The notes: generated by a model not told the origin, from the letters alone. DNA of 64,000 nucleotides from Diplonema japonicum (GCA_964019335.1 OZ025729.1:372883-436882); one strand, 5' to 3'. Positions 10,249-21,898 are shown, numbered from the stretch's first letter. Translations and numbers: made by a program.

Positions 10249-11229
10249 ATCTTTTTTTTTTTTTTTTTGAAGAAAATAGTCTAATCCAACACAGAACACC
10301 GAGGTACAGGTGATAAAGATCAGCGTTGATGGTGAAGATGACACATGATGAGGGCAAGATTTCTTTTTTTGTTGGCTTGGAGGCACAAGGGTCCCAGAAA
10401 GGGTGCATCATGAGCAGTCTTGCGGATTGAAATCTTTTTTAGGCGATCCTGTCACATACTGCAGGTTCCCTTTCAAAGACATCTTTTTTCTTCTTCTTTT
10501 TTTATTTAATTCTGAGCAGCTCTCTTAAAGAATTTAGGCTAGAATAATAAAATCAGGCTTTCACTTTATTTCGCGCCCAGGTCCGTGAAATAAAGTATCT
10601 GATTTTTTTTTTCCTCATGTTTTTAAGCCAAGCGTTGCTGCCAAATTCTTTGCGAGAGCAGCTCATCATTAAATAAGATGTAGTATTGAATAGAAATCAG
10701 GCTATCTGATTTTCATTTAATAAATAGCTATTTTTTTTTGGAACATGCCCTTTTCCAAGGGCATCTTAAACATGAAACACAGTTCCTCCTCAAAGAAAGA
10801 AAAAAAGCTGAAGAAAAAAAAAGAAGAAAAAAGATAGAGGGGAGCGTCTCGAACTATCGCCTTTAACCAGTTATCCGGTAAATTCTTTTTTTTTTTTTGC
10901 TTGAACAAGAAAAAAAAAAAGAAAAAAAAACAATTGATAGTGAATTGTTATGATGGTTAAAGAGCAGTGGTAGCATTATTGGCTGTGCACGGACCAATAA
11001 GCAACTGACTTTTTTTTGTCACGAGAGAACGTCAAAGTCACAAAGCGGAATGTGTAACTTTAAGTTGTCTCAGAATTTTGTTCTCATTGCTGACCCACTG
11101 CAGTAGGCACCCGCGAGTGCCCTCAGAATGGGACAACGAGGACTATTTTGGTTTTTACCCGTTTTTCCTGGGGGGGGAAGTATATAGTTTTTCTAAAGAA
11201 TGCAAGAAAAAGAAGAAAAAAATGAAGTT

Positions 11230-11268
<39 letters not shown>

Positions 11269-11377
11269 CCTCATCGTATTTATTATTTTTCTTCTTGTTG
11301 TGCCCACCCACCTCACTTCGCACAGATAAATAGAGACGGGAAAAAAGAAAAAGAAAAAAAAAAAAATACACACAAAG

Positions 11378-11779
11378 ATGCCTGTTGAAACTGCGCTTCT
11401 AGAGTTGATAGAAATAGAGAAATGGAAAACAGTGGTAGTCATTGAAGGAGGTAGCGAGAGGGTACTCAAAGGAAAGGAGCAAGGCAAGGAAATAATGGAA
11501 GTCCTCCTGAGGATCCTGAGCAAGAAGACCATGGAAGAAGTTGTGGCAGAAAAGCTAGTTTTTGACGATACCCCTATGGAAATACACAACAAGTACACCG
11601 TCCAAGGGTGTGAGATTTGTACTGGTAGACAGCCTGTAGAGGCGAAGGACCCTGGAGTCCCGACACCCAATGGTTGGACCGCAGCTCAAAGAGGCGAGGT
11701 AACTGTGCTGATAACATACCCTATTGAAGTAACTGCAAGCAAGACTGTCCGACAGGTGATTTCTTGTCTGCTTGCGTGA
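11378..11779 (+). CDS. Small hypothetical protein, possibly profilin/roadblock-like fold
   Basis: 133-aa ORF with ATG after an A-rich leader. Size and pattern (KYTV, G-x beta strands, VLITY, terminal helix) loosely resemble profilin; the product call is weak. Confidence 0.45.
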   Translation: MPVETALLELIEIEKWKTVVVIEGGSERVLKGKEQGKEIMEVLLRILSKKTMEEVVAEKLVFDDTPMEIHNKYTVQGCEICTGRQPVEAKDPGVPTPNGWTAAQRGEVTVLITYPIEVTASKTVRQVISCLLA

Positions 11780-12039
11780 TAGAACGAAAAGAAAATAGTG
11801 TTAGTGTTTTTCTTTTTTAGATAAGTAGAGACAAGGGACGTTCCAAAACAGGAACCTCCTTTATCTCATCTCTTTTTTTTCTTTTTTGTCTATCCTCCTT
11901 TTTCGTTTGTTTCTCTCTTTCTTTGTTGGCAACTGGATACAAGAAGTGCTCCCCCCCCCCCCCCCCCCCCCCAGTTTAACACCGTATTGTCCACGCAAAA
12001 CACCACAGGCAAGGGAGGGACCCACAAAAGACCAGATGA

Positions 12040-15000
12040 ATGGACCCCAGCACCGTGTCGAACTACGTGCAAGAAACGTTTCGGGAGGGGCAACGCTACC
12101 ACCCTTACGACGCGGCTGTGTGTGTTGAGTTTGACCTACCCCTTAACGTCTTTAGAGATCATCAAGGGCCAAGACCATGTAAGGTACGAACACCCAGGTT
12201 TGGAAATTATAGAATGCTGGTCGTGGTGGCACAAAAGGACAACGCAAAGGAGACAGGTGGCTACTTAGAGAACGTGCTGGTAGGATGCGAGGGGATGGAC
12301 GCGCTGAAGGAAGTCACAGATTTTAAATTCGACGTTTACAAAGGAAAGAAGGAACAAGGCGCGCTGCTCACCTCCTGGAAAACACGGTTCACATTCACAT
12401 TCAAGTCTGACAAAGACAGGGGCACCCCTACCCTCCTCCCTCTTGAAAAGCTTCCTGCTGACATAAACGTAGTGACAATCAGCGTCACGGTGAGGAACAC
12501 AACAGCGGCGTACCTACGAATGGCTAAGAACAACCAAACAGCGGGGCTTCAAAACCAAGGAGCGACTTGTTATGTGAGTTCCGTAATCCAAACGCTTTTC
12601 AACATCACCGTCTTTCGTCGGGCTGTTTACGAACTAGTCAGCAGCACCGTTCAAGGTTCTGAGAAAGACATCCCTGTGCAGCTCTCCTGCCTCTTCGCTT
12701 CGTTAGAAAACTCCAGCGGTCCTGTATCGACAGAAGCCCTTACCAACTCTTTCGGGTGGGACACGCATATGGTCACTTATGAGCAGCATGATGTTCAGGA
12801 ATTTGCACGCGTACTCCTCGATAACCTTGAGACCAAGGCCAGGCTGCGGAATGGGGATCGCAGCGCCAATGTTTTCACCGACCTCTTCAAAGGTACCACG
12901 AAGAAACACCTGAAGACCGAGAGCGGGTTCGAAAAGGAAACAGAGCAGATATTCTACGACCTACAGTTGCGTGTGAAGGGGCTCAGCTCCTTAGAGGACT
13001 CCATCGAAGAAGAAATCAAAGAAGAGCACCTTGCAGGGGAAAACAAGTACCACATTATCGATGATGACCAAGGAGTAGACAGGATGGAAGATGCTGTGAT
13101 ACGAACGGAGTTCGGGACGCTGCCTCCTGTTCTCGTGGTGCACCTGCGACGGTTTGAATACAGCGGGAGCGGCACAGGGGGGTATGTAAAGGTGAACAAC
13201 AAGTTCACGTACCCTGACGAGCTGAGCCTTCCTGGTGAAACGTATCTCCTTCATTCTGTCCTCGTACACTCAGGGACACCCCATTCAGGGCATTATTACG
13301 CCTTTGTCTGCACAGGCCCCGAGCGTAACTGGCATCTCTACAACGATCACAGAGTGGTCCCAGTGCACCCGACTGAGGTCTTTGCCGATAACTTCGGCGG
13401 CCCGCCGCCTGACGACAGGTTCTGGCTGGACCCGAACACCTCGGCATACATGCTTCTGTATATCAAGAAATCGGAATACGAGACCTTATGCGGTGGGCGG
13501 TGCAGTGCACCAGAGCACATTTCACGCAGCATCCCCATCAGGGGAAGGGTTGCCTTTTCGGTGTTCACAGAAGACGACATCAGACAGCATGTCAGCAATA
13601 GTGGACAGCTCGACTTGCTACCCGACCCCTGCAAGGGGCAGGTGGTGGTGGTTCCGTCGGGAGCGAAGTGGGGGTATCTTATGGAAAAGATATCCGAGGT
13701 TACGCAAATAAGCACGGGCATGAAGCTCTGGACGACCACCCACTGGAAACGGTCGCCACGACGGGGTTTTGGAAGGCCGGACCTCTGCATCTCGGACTTC
13801 GGGATTGTCATCGGGTCGGCGCTTATCCGTCCCGCAGGGGAAGACGTGCTCCCCGACTTCCCATCAACATGCATCTCGGAGCCTTTGCCTCTCTACATCA
13901 CAAACGGCCCATGCAGAGAGTCCCCCACCGACAGGCTTGTCTTTATCAAGCGGTATCTTCGGCACGAAGGATCTGGAAGGCTCGGTTACATCGGATCGAT
14001 GATGTGCGACAACAAGAGCACGGTGAGGAAGCTGGTGAAAGACATCGCAAAGACGTTCGAGACAGGGGACAAAACTTGCCTGCCCAGGGTGTGGGTCGAA
14101 CGGCCACCTATCGACAAGGCAAACTGCCCAGACGTTCACGAGATCTTGGACCTACGGGCTCAGTGCGATTCTGTAGACGGAGCAGTCATAATAATGGAAC
14201 CGAGTCTGGTCGCAGCGGAGACAGTAGCAAAGGGTGTGGGTGGCATGCCTCCGGAGGCAGTGCTCGCAGAGGCGGAAGAGGTGCTAGACACGATCGGGCT
14301 TGGAAGGGGCAACATCGCTGACCATGTACCGTCGCTGATGTTAGAAGACCCCACCATACAAGAGGCCGCTCAGATTCTGCTTCATCCTGCTGTGCAGCTG
14401 AATGAAAAACGACTGTTCAAACATCTATCTACGTATTTCAGAGATTTTGTAACCTCCGTCACCGTGACCTTCAAATCACTGGACAAGGATGGTATTGAAG
14501 ACAAAGGTGTTTCGGTTCGATGCCACACGTGGTGGGGCTACCCCGAGCTCGCCGAGTACATCGCTCCATTACTACGCTGGCGGGCGGGACAGCTGCGCTT
14601 CTGGGTTGTGTCGAAAAACGTTGCGATCCGACGGAAAAAACAACACTTGCTCTACTGGGACCCTTCAAAAAAGCAACCACTGGGACGAGCCCTGCAGCTT
14701 AACCCAGGCGGCTGGTACGCATCGTTAGCGAACGGGGACGAAGAAACTGAACAAGTCATGTTCTACAGACGGACAAGCCAATCAATACCCGGAGAAAGCC
14801 ACAAAGAGATCCCTGTCGTGGTATATAAGAACAACGGCGATCTACGGTATGTATCGGTGCAGTTTAAGAAACGAGTTGGGACACCGAAGCTCATCGCGAG
14901 AGAAGTGGAAACGCAGATTGGATGTGATGGGAAAGTGTTGTTTGTGATGGCAATTCAACAGCGAAGTGTACTGAGGTGCTACAAGGGGGACTCCTCGGTC

Positions 15001-15375
15001 ATCGTGAGTGACTATGTGTTATCTTGTTCGACGTTCCGTGTCTTCTGGGCACCTTCGGGGAGCGAGGTCGTCGGGCACATAATTGTGCTGAGAACCCGTG
15101 GCCCACTGACTTCCAATCTTGTTTACAGTCAAGACCCGCAGGTTTATGAGCTCACTCCTGACTCAACACCGGCATCTCTCCTTTCACACACACATGGGTT
15201 CACAGCCGCTTATTTTGTACTGGACACAGTCCTTGCAGAGATCAGCCCGCAGGAGTGTATTGTTGAGGCTTTGCTGCGGCACCATAACACTACGGTGAAG
15301 GGTATCGCCCTCCCAAGGCTGTGCATTGTCGACGGGCGTAACAGCCGACAGCAAGCAGTTGAGATATACAATTAG
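12040..15375 (+). CDS. Ubiquitin-specific protease, USP7-like (MATH + C19 peptidase + C-terminal extension)
   Basis: Cys box GLQNQGATCYVSS, LTNSFGW..QHDVQEF, LPPVLVVHLRRFEY, His box VLVHSG..SGHYYAF, ND and SAYMLLY. N-terminal MATH-like region. Confidence 0.9.
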   Translation: MDPSTVSNYVQETFREGQRYHPYDAAVCVEFDLPLNVFRDHQGPRPCKVRTPRFGNYRMLVVVAQKDNAKETGGYLENVLVGCEGMDALKEVTDFKFDVYKGKKEQGALLTSWKTRFTFTFKSDKDRGTPTLLPLEKLPADINVVTISVTVRNTTAAYLRMAKNNQTAGLQNQGATCYVSSVIQTLFNITVFRRAVYELVSSTVQGSEKDIPVQLSCLFASLENSSGPVSTEALTNSFGWDTHMVTYEQHDVQEFARVLLDNLETKARLRNGDRSANVFTDLFKGTTKKHLKTESGFEKETEQIFYDLQLRVKGLSSLEDSIEEEIKEEHLAGENKYHIIDDDQGVDRMEDAVIRTEFGTLPPVLVVHLRRFEYSGSGTGGYVKVNNKFTYPDELSLPGETYLLHSVLVHSGTPHSGHYYAFVCTGPERNWHLYNDHRVVPVHPTEVFADNFGGPPPDDRFWLDPNTSAYMLLYIKKSEYETLCGGRCSAPEHISRSIPIRGRVAFSVFTEDDIRQHVSNSGQLDLLPDPCKGQVVVVPSGAKWGYLMEKISEVTQISTGMKLWTTTHWKRSPRRGFGRPDLCISDFGIVIGSALIRPAGEDVLPDFPSTCISEPLPLYITNGPCRESPTDRLVFIKRYLRHEGSGRLGYIGSMMCDNKSTVRKLVKDIAKTFETGDKTCLPRVWVERPPIDKANCPDVHEILDLRAQCDSVDGAVIIMEPSLVAAETVAKGVGGMPPEAVLAEAEEVLDTIGLGRGNIADHVPSLMLEDPTIQEAAQILLHPAVQLNEKRLFKHLSTYFRDFVTSVTVTFKSLDKDGIEDKGVSVRCHTWWGYPELAEYIAPLLRWRAGQLRFWVVSKNVAIRRKKQHLLYWDPSKKQPLGRALQLNPGGWYASLANGDEETEQVMFYRRTSQSIPGESHKEIPVVVYKNNGDLRYVSVQFKKRVGTPKLIAREVETQIGCDGKVLFVMAIQQRSVLRCYKGDSSVIVSDYVLSCSTFRVFWAPSGSEVVGHIIVLRTRGPLTSNLVYSQDPQVYELTPDSTPASLLSHTHGFTAAYFVLDTVLAEISPQECIVEALLRHHNTTVKGIALPRLCIVDGRNSRQQAVEIYN

Positions 15376-16332
15376 CTTTTTTTTTTTTTCCGACAAGGCT
15401 GCCCCGCAGTATGTCCAGAGCCCCCAGAACGGGGACAACGGGGAATAAGCGCAGCTCGGCCAGTGAGCGCAAAAACGCATACCTTAAAAGAATAGTTTTT
15501 TTTTTTTGTGTGTGCAGCGAAGAGTTCAGTGTCTTTTTTTTTTTTTTGTTTTGTTTTTGTTATTTTTATTTTTTTTTTACCCCCTCTCCCCTGTTCCTCC
15601 CCCTGATCAAAGTTTGGGAAAGGGGAAAGAAAAAAAAGAAAGAAGTGCAAACCACGCATTACATCGCATATATTTTGCAGTCTTTTTGAAACCAGCGTAG
15701 CCCTTATAGCAAAAAAAAAAAAAAAAAAAAAAAAAGAACACCGGGAAAGGAGAGTCCATGTGTGCCCCCCTGTATTCACGTATTGCCTTTGTGATGCGTT
15801 TTCTATCTTTTATCTCATGTGTTCGAGGGACCCCCCCCCCCCCCCCCCCCTTAGAACCTTGGGCCTAACAGCGAACACTTAGAGATATGAGGCCTTATTT
15901 AGTTTTTATTTTTGTTTTTCTTTTTATATTTTTAATTGTACAGTGCGCCCTTTCAATCATATCAACCTACAGATCTGTTTGCAACAATTGTTATGAAAGC
16001 GGGGTAAAAGATTGCTCGTGGGGCTGAACTGACTGGCCGGGTCTAGGTGCGTAACCGCTATCTCCTTTAAGCGATTCATTTTAGGAAGTAATGGGTTTGC
16101 GGGTTTGTCAGGATCGGCCGCCTCTCAAAAACAGGGGGTAACATGGATTGCTTTATGGCTTCCGGCAAAAAGAAGGGGAAAAAAAAAGATGAACTCAGGT
16201 CATTAGAGACACGATGAAGCAAATTATCTGTTCCCACATTTTCTTTTTTAATAGTGTGTCTGGCTTTGACTGCAAGGTTTCTCCAGGTTCCTCCTTCGGG
16301 GGTTTTAAAAGAAAAAGGAAAAAAATAAATAA

Positions 16333-18066
16333 ATGTGCGGAGCACAGAAGGCGAAAGAAAGCACCCCGATGTTTACGAAGCTTGCGAAGGAATTCCGGGC
16401 GTACCACAAGAACACGTTGAATGTGACGGGGCACTTGGCCACAACGCCTGTCGGGCTGGCATGCAGCCTGGCCTTGTTGGAAGCTGGAGGAGGCGTGTGG
16501 GCTGGTTACATCATCGCTGTTTATTCAGCATTGCTGGCAGTGACAACGCCTGCGAAGATTGCGGTGGGCTCAATGCCTGTTCTTCTTGCAGTTTACTTCA
16601 TTTGCAACGCTATCACATCAGCGGAGGTGTCCACTATGCACACAGCCCTTCTTCTTGCCGTTTCGTATATCCTTCAAGACGTTGTGCACTTCATAACTGG
16701 CGAGCCGACCTTTCAGTCGTCGTATAAAGAGGTTCCGAAGTTTCTTCTCCACACCGTGTATTTGGTCCCGCTTTGCGTGGATGCTTTTTACGGGTTGAGG
16801 CGTGGGCCGTACTACTGGTTGGTGACGAGGGATACCACGATTTTCTCGAAGGTGACCTGCATGAAGAGCTTGGAAAACTTGAGGCAGTGGGTTTTAAACC
16901 ACCCTGCGCTGAGCAACGACCACACCACGCACTGGTGGTACCACGACTTGAAGGGCGTTGAAAAAGCTTCCTTCGACGACGTCTGCAACGCAAAGGAAAT
17001 ACAAGATTCATTCCACACAGTGTGGGACGCCAAGGCGTACATCGTGAAACCAGTCCACGGGATGAACGAGGTGTATGTAGCAAGCCCGACCACTATGAAG
17101 ACCAGCGACAAGGTCTTCATGATGGACCACATCGACGGGCCGTGGTTGGTATGGCCGTTCTGTGCGGTGTACAGAGTGCTCGCCGCCGTAAATGTGAACG
17201 AAGTTGTGCACACGGAACTGAAAGAACTGCGCCGGAACAAGGTTTTGACCACAGGAGATGTGATGGGCTTCGATTTCAACAGAGAGATCCACAAGGTGTA
17301 CTTCAACACAAGCATGACCAACCCTGAACCGCGCATCACCTTGAAGCTTCACTACATCGTGTACCCGAAGTGCTTGAAACCGTTCGGAGAGATGCTGGCC
17401 TACGTCACCACTCAATACGACATCATCGCGAGGAACCTGTTCCTGTACACCATCAAGCCGACAACATTCCTTCAAAAACTGTCTTCGCAGATTGGGGTGC
17501 TGTGCACTACGTACGTAGTGGAGAGATTCGAGGCTGCTGTTGGGGTTCACAATGTGCTCAAGGTTCTTGCTTTGCATGCGATTCTTCCGGGGTCGGTGTT
17601 TTTGTACTGTACTTCTTTTGTTCATTACAACATGTACATCGCTACGTATTACTACCGAGCAAGGGTTAATTACGGGAGGATGCTGCGGGATTTAAAGTTT
17701 TGGAAATTTGTGTCGATTGGCCAGCTTGTGTGGGCGTACTTGCAGTATGATGTTAGCTACTTGTCTGTTGGTGTGATGCTTGCTGGATATGCGCTATCCG
17801 CGTCGGCTGCCTTGGCCATCGGACAGGACCGTACATACTTCGGTTCTGAGCTGAACGTGGTCGAGCCGAAGTGGATTTCTTCTTTCCCGTATAGTTGCGT
17901 TCCGCACCCCATGATCCTCGGGTCTATCGTCGGGCTGGTTGGTTTTTACCTGAACGAGGGCTTTGCGGAGAACTACCCCTTTTTGGTGCCTATTCACTGT
18001 CTTCTTTATGTTATCCATGCTGTGCAGGAGCACCTTGACATTCATGATGAGCATTGGAAAAACTGA
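16333..18066 (+). CDS. Multi-domain membrane lipid enzyme: Mpo1/DUF962-like N-terminus + HxD..H metal-binding-like domain + phospholipid methyltransferase (PEMT)-like C-terminus
   Basis: N-terminal AYHKNTLNVTGH, middle DHIDGP..FDFNREIH, C-terminal IGQDRTYFGSEL..WISSFPYSCVPHPMILGS. Start may be the ATG at 16369. Confidence 0.7.
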   Translation: MCGAQKAKESTPMFTKLAKEFRAYHKNTLNVTGHLATTPVGLACSLALLEAGGGVWAGYIIAVYSALLAVTTPAKIAVGSMPVLLAVYFICNAITSAEVSTMHTALLLAVSYILQDVVHFITGEPTFQSSYKEVPKFLLHTVYLVPLCVDAFYGLRRGPYYWLVTRDTTIFSKVTCMKSLENLRQWVLNHPALSNDHTTHWWYHDLKGVEKASFDDVCNAKEIQDSFHTVWDAKAYIVKPVHGMNEVYVASPTTMKTSDKVFMMDHIDGPWLVWPFCAVYRVLAAVNVNEVVHTELKELRRNKVLTTGDVMGFDFNREIHKVYFNTSMTNPEPRITLKLHYIVYPKCLKPFGEMLAYVTTQYDIIARNLFLYTIKPTTFLQKLSSQIGVLCTTYVVERFEAAVGVHNVLKVLALHAILPGSVFLYCTSFVHYNMYIATYYYRARVNYGRMLRDLKFWKFVSIGQLVWAYLQYDVSYLSVGVMLAGYALSASAALAIGQDRTYFGSELNVVEPKWISSFPYSCVPHPMILGSIVGLVGFYLNEGFAENYPFLVPIHCLLYVIHAVQEHLDIHDEHWKN

Positions 18067-18532
18067 GAAGGAAAAAAAAAAAAATTATGAGAAAGAAGAA
18101 AAAAAAAAAAGAGAAAAAAAAGGATTTCTTTGAAGGATTTTTTTTTTTGTTTCAACCGTCGTTTCAAAGAAAAGAAAAAGGGGGGTGAAAACACCCCTTC
18201 CCCTTTTCATTTCCCGTTCCCCCCCCCCCCGCCCTCTCATTTTCCCTCAGATTCTCTTGGTGAGTGGGTTGCCCGACACTCCTCACTGTTCACTCTCCCA
18301 TATTAGGAATTTGCTCGTTTGTTTTTTTTTTTCCCCCTTCTCTTCGTGTTCTTTTTTTTTTTTAAAAAAAGAACAAAAAAGAAGAAAAAAAGAAAGAGGG
18401 AAAAGAAAACACACGATCTATTTTACTTTTTTTCTTTTTACCAAAAAAAAAAAAGAACCGACCCGATGTCTCCTCAGAATGCTCTCCCTTACTTTTTCTT
18501 TGTGTTTTTTTTTTTTTTTTTTTTTTTTTTAT

Positions 18533-18670
18533 TTGTTACAAATATTTATCTTTCAAAAAATGATTTTATAACTATGTGCAACTTGTGCCGAGCAAAAAAC
18601 TTTCGCAGCTTTTTAAAAACCTTTTTTGCTCGTGCGAACAACAAAGACATATAGTCATAAAGAATTATTT
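18533..18670. repeat. ~140-bp dispersed repeat with internal dyad symmetry (copy 1)
   Basis: Close match to 52793-52932. Inverted arms TTATAACTAT/ATAGTCATAA and CGAGCAAAAA/TTTTTGCTCG. Confidence 0.75.
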
Positions 18671-18788
18671 TTTTTTTTTTACCCGAGGGAGGGGTTATTC
18701 ACGAGGGCCGCCCATTTTTTTTTTCTTTTATATTTTTTTTTTCTTCCACAAAAAGAAAATAATAAATAATCGACAGAGGGACGGGCAC

Positions 18789-19448
18789 ATGAAAGATGTT
18801 GTTCACAAGGTTGTTCTTCTTGGTGGAAGAGGGGTCGGGAAGAGCTGCGTAGTGGGCGCGTATACCAAAGGACAGTTCAACCTGTGCGAAAAGAGTACAA
18901 TTAACCTCGTCGAGTTCGCGCTGGTGCAGGAAGGCGACGGTGTGTCAGTTCAGTTGTGGGACACCGCAGGACAAGACATCCATGGCCGCATGTCCGCCCT
19001 TTACTACAGGGGTGCTCGCGGCGTTGTGGTTGTCGTGGATCTCACAGAGCTGGCCTCTTTGCAGTGCGCTGAGAAGTGGATTAAAGAAGCGAAAGAGCAC
19101 AACCCAGCAGCGGTGTTCATGATTCTAGCCAATAAAAGCGACTTGGAAAGCCTTCGGGTGATCTCATCAAAAGACATCGAGAAGCTCATCTCCCGCTTCA
19201 CTCCGCGACCCCTCTACTTCGAGACATCCGCACTTCTAGGGCTCAACATCCATCTGGCTTTTAAGGAGCTTATAGACGTGGTGTATGTGGGGAGGGTTTT
19301 TTTTTCTTTTTTTTTTCCTCAAAATCTTTTCAGGCAACTGCAACCATCCGATCCTTCTCCTCTACCCTCCGACTTGCCTGCAATCACAAATCTGCACTCT
19401 TTCCCTTTGCCCGATTCACGAAGGAAGAGGAAGCCGCTCAGGTGCTGA
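18789..19448 (+). CDS. Rab-like small GTPase with a probable 51-nt intron (19283-19333)
   Basis: G1 GGRGVGKS, G3 WDTAGQ, YYRGA, G4 NKSD, G5 ETSA, terminal Cys. In-frame GTATGT...polyY...TTTCAG segment reads as an intron. Confidence 0.85.
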   Translation: MKDVVHKVVLLGGRGVGKSCVVGAYTKGQFNLCEKSTINLVEFALVQEGDGVSVQLWDTAGQDIHGRMSALYYRGARGVVVVVDLTELASLQCAEKWIKEAKEHNPAAVFMILANKSDLESLRVISSKDIEKLISRFTPRPLYFETSALLGLNIHLAFKELIDVVYVGRVFFSFFFPQNLFRQLQPSDPSPLPSDLPAITNLHSFPLPDSRRKRKPLRC

Positions 19449-20384
19449 AAAAAGAAAGAAAAGAAAAAGAAGAAGAAAAAAGAAAAAAAAAAGAAACCAA
19501 TTGTTTTTTTTTTTTTAAATGTATTTAACCAGTAGTAGCTAAGTACCGACTCTTTTTCTTCGCGCTTCGTCAGTTGAGTTACTTATGTTTCTTCGTTATT
19601 TCTTTATTTCCAAGGTTTTTTTCGCGTGGGTAGTACACCTCTTTCTTTTTTTTTTACATCTTTCTTTTGTCTGAGTTCTTTTCCTTAAGCGATATTGTTG
19701 AGCAAAACGCCATATTTCGCGAAAAGAAAAATGCCGAAGAGCGGGATTTTTTAAATTAAAAAATAAAAATAAAAATAAAAAAAATAAAGAACCCCCCCCC
19801 TCCACCCCATTTCTTCTTCTCCCATTATTCTTTTTTTTGTGAACCAAAAGAAAAAAGAGAGTTGAAAAGCTCGCCGAGATTTCTTTCCCCCCCGTGGTTG
19901 TGTGCCTTCTGTGTGGCGAAAGCTCCGTTATCCCGCCCCTTTAATATTCTCTCCTTCATTCTTCATTCTCCATCTAGCTTCGAAACTATCTAGCAGAACA
20001 GAACACCGTGGCAACATTTGGATACAAGAACTTGCACTGAACCCCCGTATTTTTTTAGCACTGGCAAAAGTAAAAGACCTGCCTCAGGGTGTTTGCTTGC
20101 CTCGTGTTGCTACTGAAAGTAATACAGAATTAAGATTCCCCCCCCCCCCCCCATCCCAGTTTTTTTTGCTTTGCATGTCTCCAAGGAAAAGGAGACAGGA
20201 ATTGGAGCATTAGGTGCCCTGCTGATATATGTTCCGAAAGCACGGGATTGTTTCTTCTCTTTTTTTTTTTTTATATATATTACTTATCAGTTCTCTCCTT
20301 TTTTTATAGTTTCCTTTGTTTGTATCTCCTCACAGGATTAAAAAGAGGGTGTTCAGGGGGGGTTAGAGCACTTTTTAAGAAAAA

Positions 20385-21152
20385 ATGGGTTTGGGACGAG
20401 AGGCTGGTGAGGTGAAGTACTTTCCTCCAAACTTCGACCCTTCTGCCGGCACTGGCAAGACACTCTCCAAGAGAGGCGCACCCCAAGTCAGGATCATGCT
20501 TCCCATGGGGTTACAGTGCGACGCTTGCGGCGAATGGATAGCACAAAATAAGAAATTCAGCAGCACGAAGGAGAAAGTACGTGGCGAGGAGTACCTAGGG
20601 CTGACCATCTACAGGCTGACGATTAAGTGCCCGAGGTGCAGCCAAGAAATCGCAATTAAGACCGACCCAAAGAACCACGACTATATTGTGGAATGGGGTG
20701 CAACGAGAAACTACCAGCACCATCTTGCAGAGGCTAGGAAGGCGGATGAAGAGGAGGCCCGGCTTGAAAAGGAAAAGGGCGACACCATTGCAGAGCACAA
20801 CCAGAAGGTTTTGGAAACACGTAAAGAGATGTCGATGTTGGAGAAGATAGAAGAGATACAGCACGCAGCAGTGGTCCGTGCTTCTGTGACAGACGACGTG
20901 CTCATGAAAGCCACTTTGGAGAAACACGAGAAGGCCGACGACACGGAACAGCGCCTTGAAGACGATCAGGAGGCTGAGCGTGTGTTTAAACGCAAAGCCC
21001 GCGAAGCAAAAGGACCCACTATCACCCTCCCGGACAATACCGTCCCCGACTCCCCACCGGCCGGCTTCGCTGTGAAGAAGAAACGGAAGGAGAAAAAATC
21101 CAAAAAATCAAAAGATGGCGGCGGTCTTTCAGACCTTCTCGGTGGGTACTGA
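20385..21152 (+). CDS. YJU2: Splicing factor YJU2/CWC16 (CCDC94) family
   Basis: KYFPPNFDPS, VRIMLPM..CDACGEWI..KKF, YLGLTIYR..KCPRC..IKTDPKNHDY: the two-CxxC zinc domain of the CWC16 family. Confidence 0.88.
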   Translation: MGLGREAGEVKYFPPNFDPSAGTGKTLSKRGAPQVRIMLPMGLQCDACGEWIAQNKKFSSTKEKVRGEEYLGLTIYRLTIKCPRCSQEIAIKTDPKNHDYIVEWGATRNYQHHLAEARKADEEEARLEKEKGDTIAEHNQKVLETRKEMSMLEKIEEIQHAAVVRASVTDDVLMKATLEKHEKADDTEQRLEDDQEAERVFKRKAREAKGPTITLPDNTVPDSPPAGFAVKKKRKEKKSKKSKDGGGLSDLLGGY

Positions 21153-21346
21153 TTTTTCTTTTTCAACGAGGAAAAACCTGTTGATATATATATGAATGGG
21201 GTGGGGGAGAGAGAGAGAGAGAGAAAAAAAAAAAAGAAAGTGCGAGTGTTTTGTCAGTATTTTTAATTTCATTTTAAAACCCTTCAAAAAGAAAGAAAGG
21301 GGGGGGGGAAAAGCAAGTAAAAGGTAGAAAATTCCCCCCCAAAAAA

Positions 21347-21898
21347 ATGGGTGAGCGAAGAACGTTTGGTTCGATTCCCTCCAGCAGGGGTAGCTTCACG
21401 TCCCCATCATGGATGAGCAGCGAAAGAAGCAGCAACTCTACCGCCGGAACTCTTGGATCTGGCTTAAAGCTTGAACGGTTCGAGCTGGTGGCGAAGATCG
21501 GGGCGGGCGCCTTCGGTCAGGTGTACGAGGCGTTTGATCGATTGTTGCAGAAGTCGGTGGCACTGAAGGTGGAGAAGGCTGACAGCACTCGTTCTCAGTT
21601 AAAAGTCGAGGTTAGTGTCTATAAAAGAATCGATGAGCGGTGGCCCGGCCTGCCCAAGATATTTTACTCCGAAAGCCATGGAAACTTTAACGTGCTAGCG
21701 ATCGAGCTCTTAGGCCCCAACCTCGAGGAGCTGTTGACGTACTGCGGGAGGTGCTTCACGCTGAACACGGTGCTGATGATCGGGGAGCAGATTTTCCGGG
21801 TCCTCCAACACCTCCACAGCGTCGGCTACGTGCACCGGGATTTGAAGCCGCCCAATTTTACAATGGGCCTTGGGGAAAGAGGAAACCATGTTTATCTG
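21347..21898 (+). CDS. Casein kinase 1 family kinase, exon 1
   Basis: KIGAGAFG, VALKVE, LLGPNLEEL, HRDLKPPNF. Ends ...HVYL at a GTATGG donor (21899), phase 0. Confidence 0.9.

Noticed and set aside
10549-10714. Short hairpins (10549-10607, 10693-10714; also 30772-30787)
   Set aside because: The dyads are real but too short and isolated to assign as elements or RNA genes.
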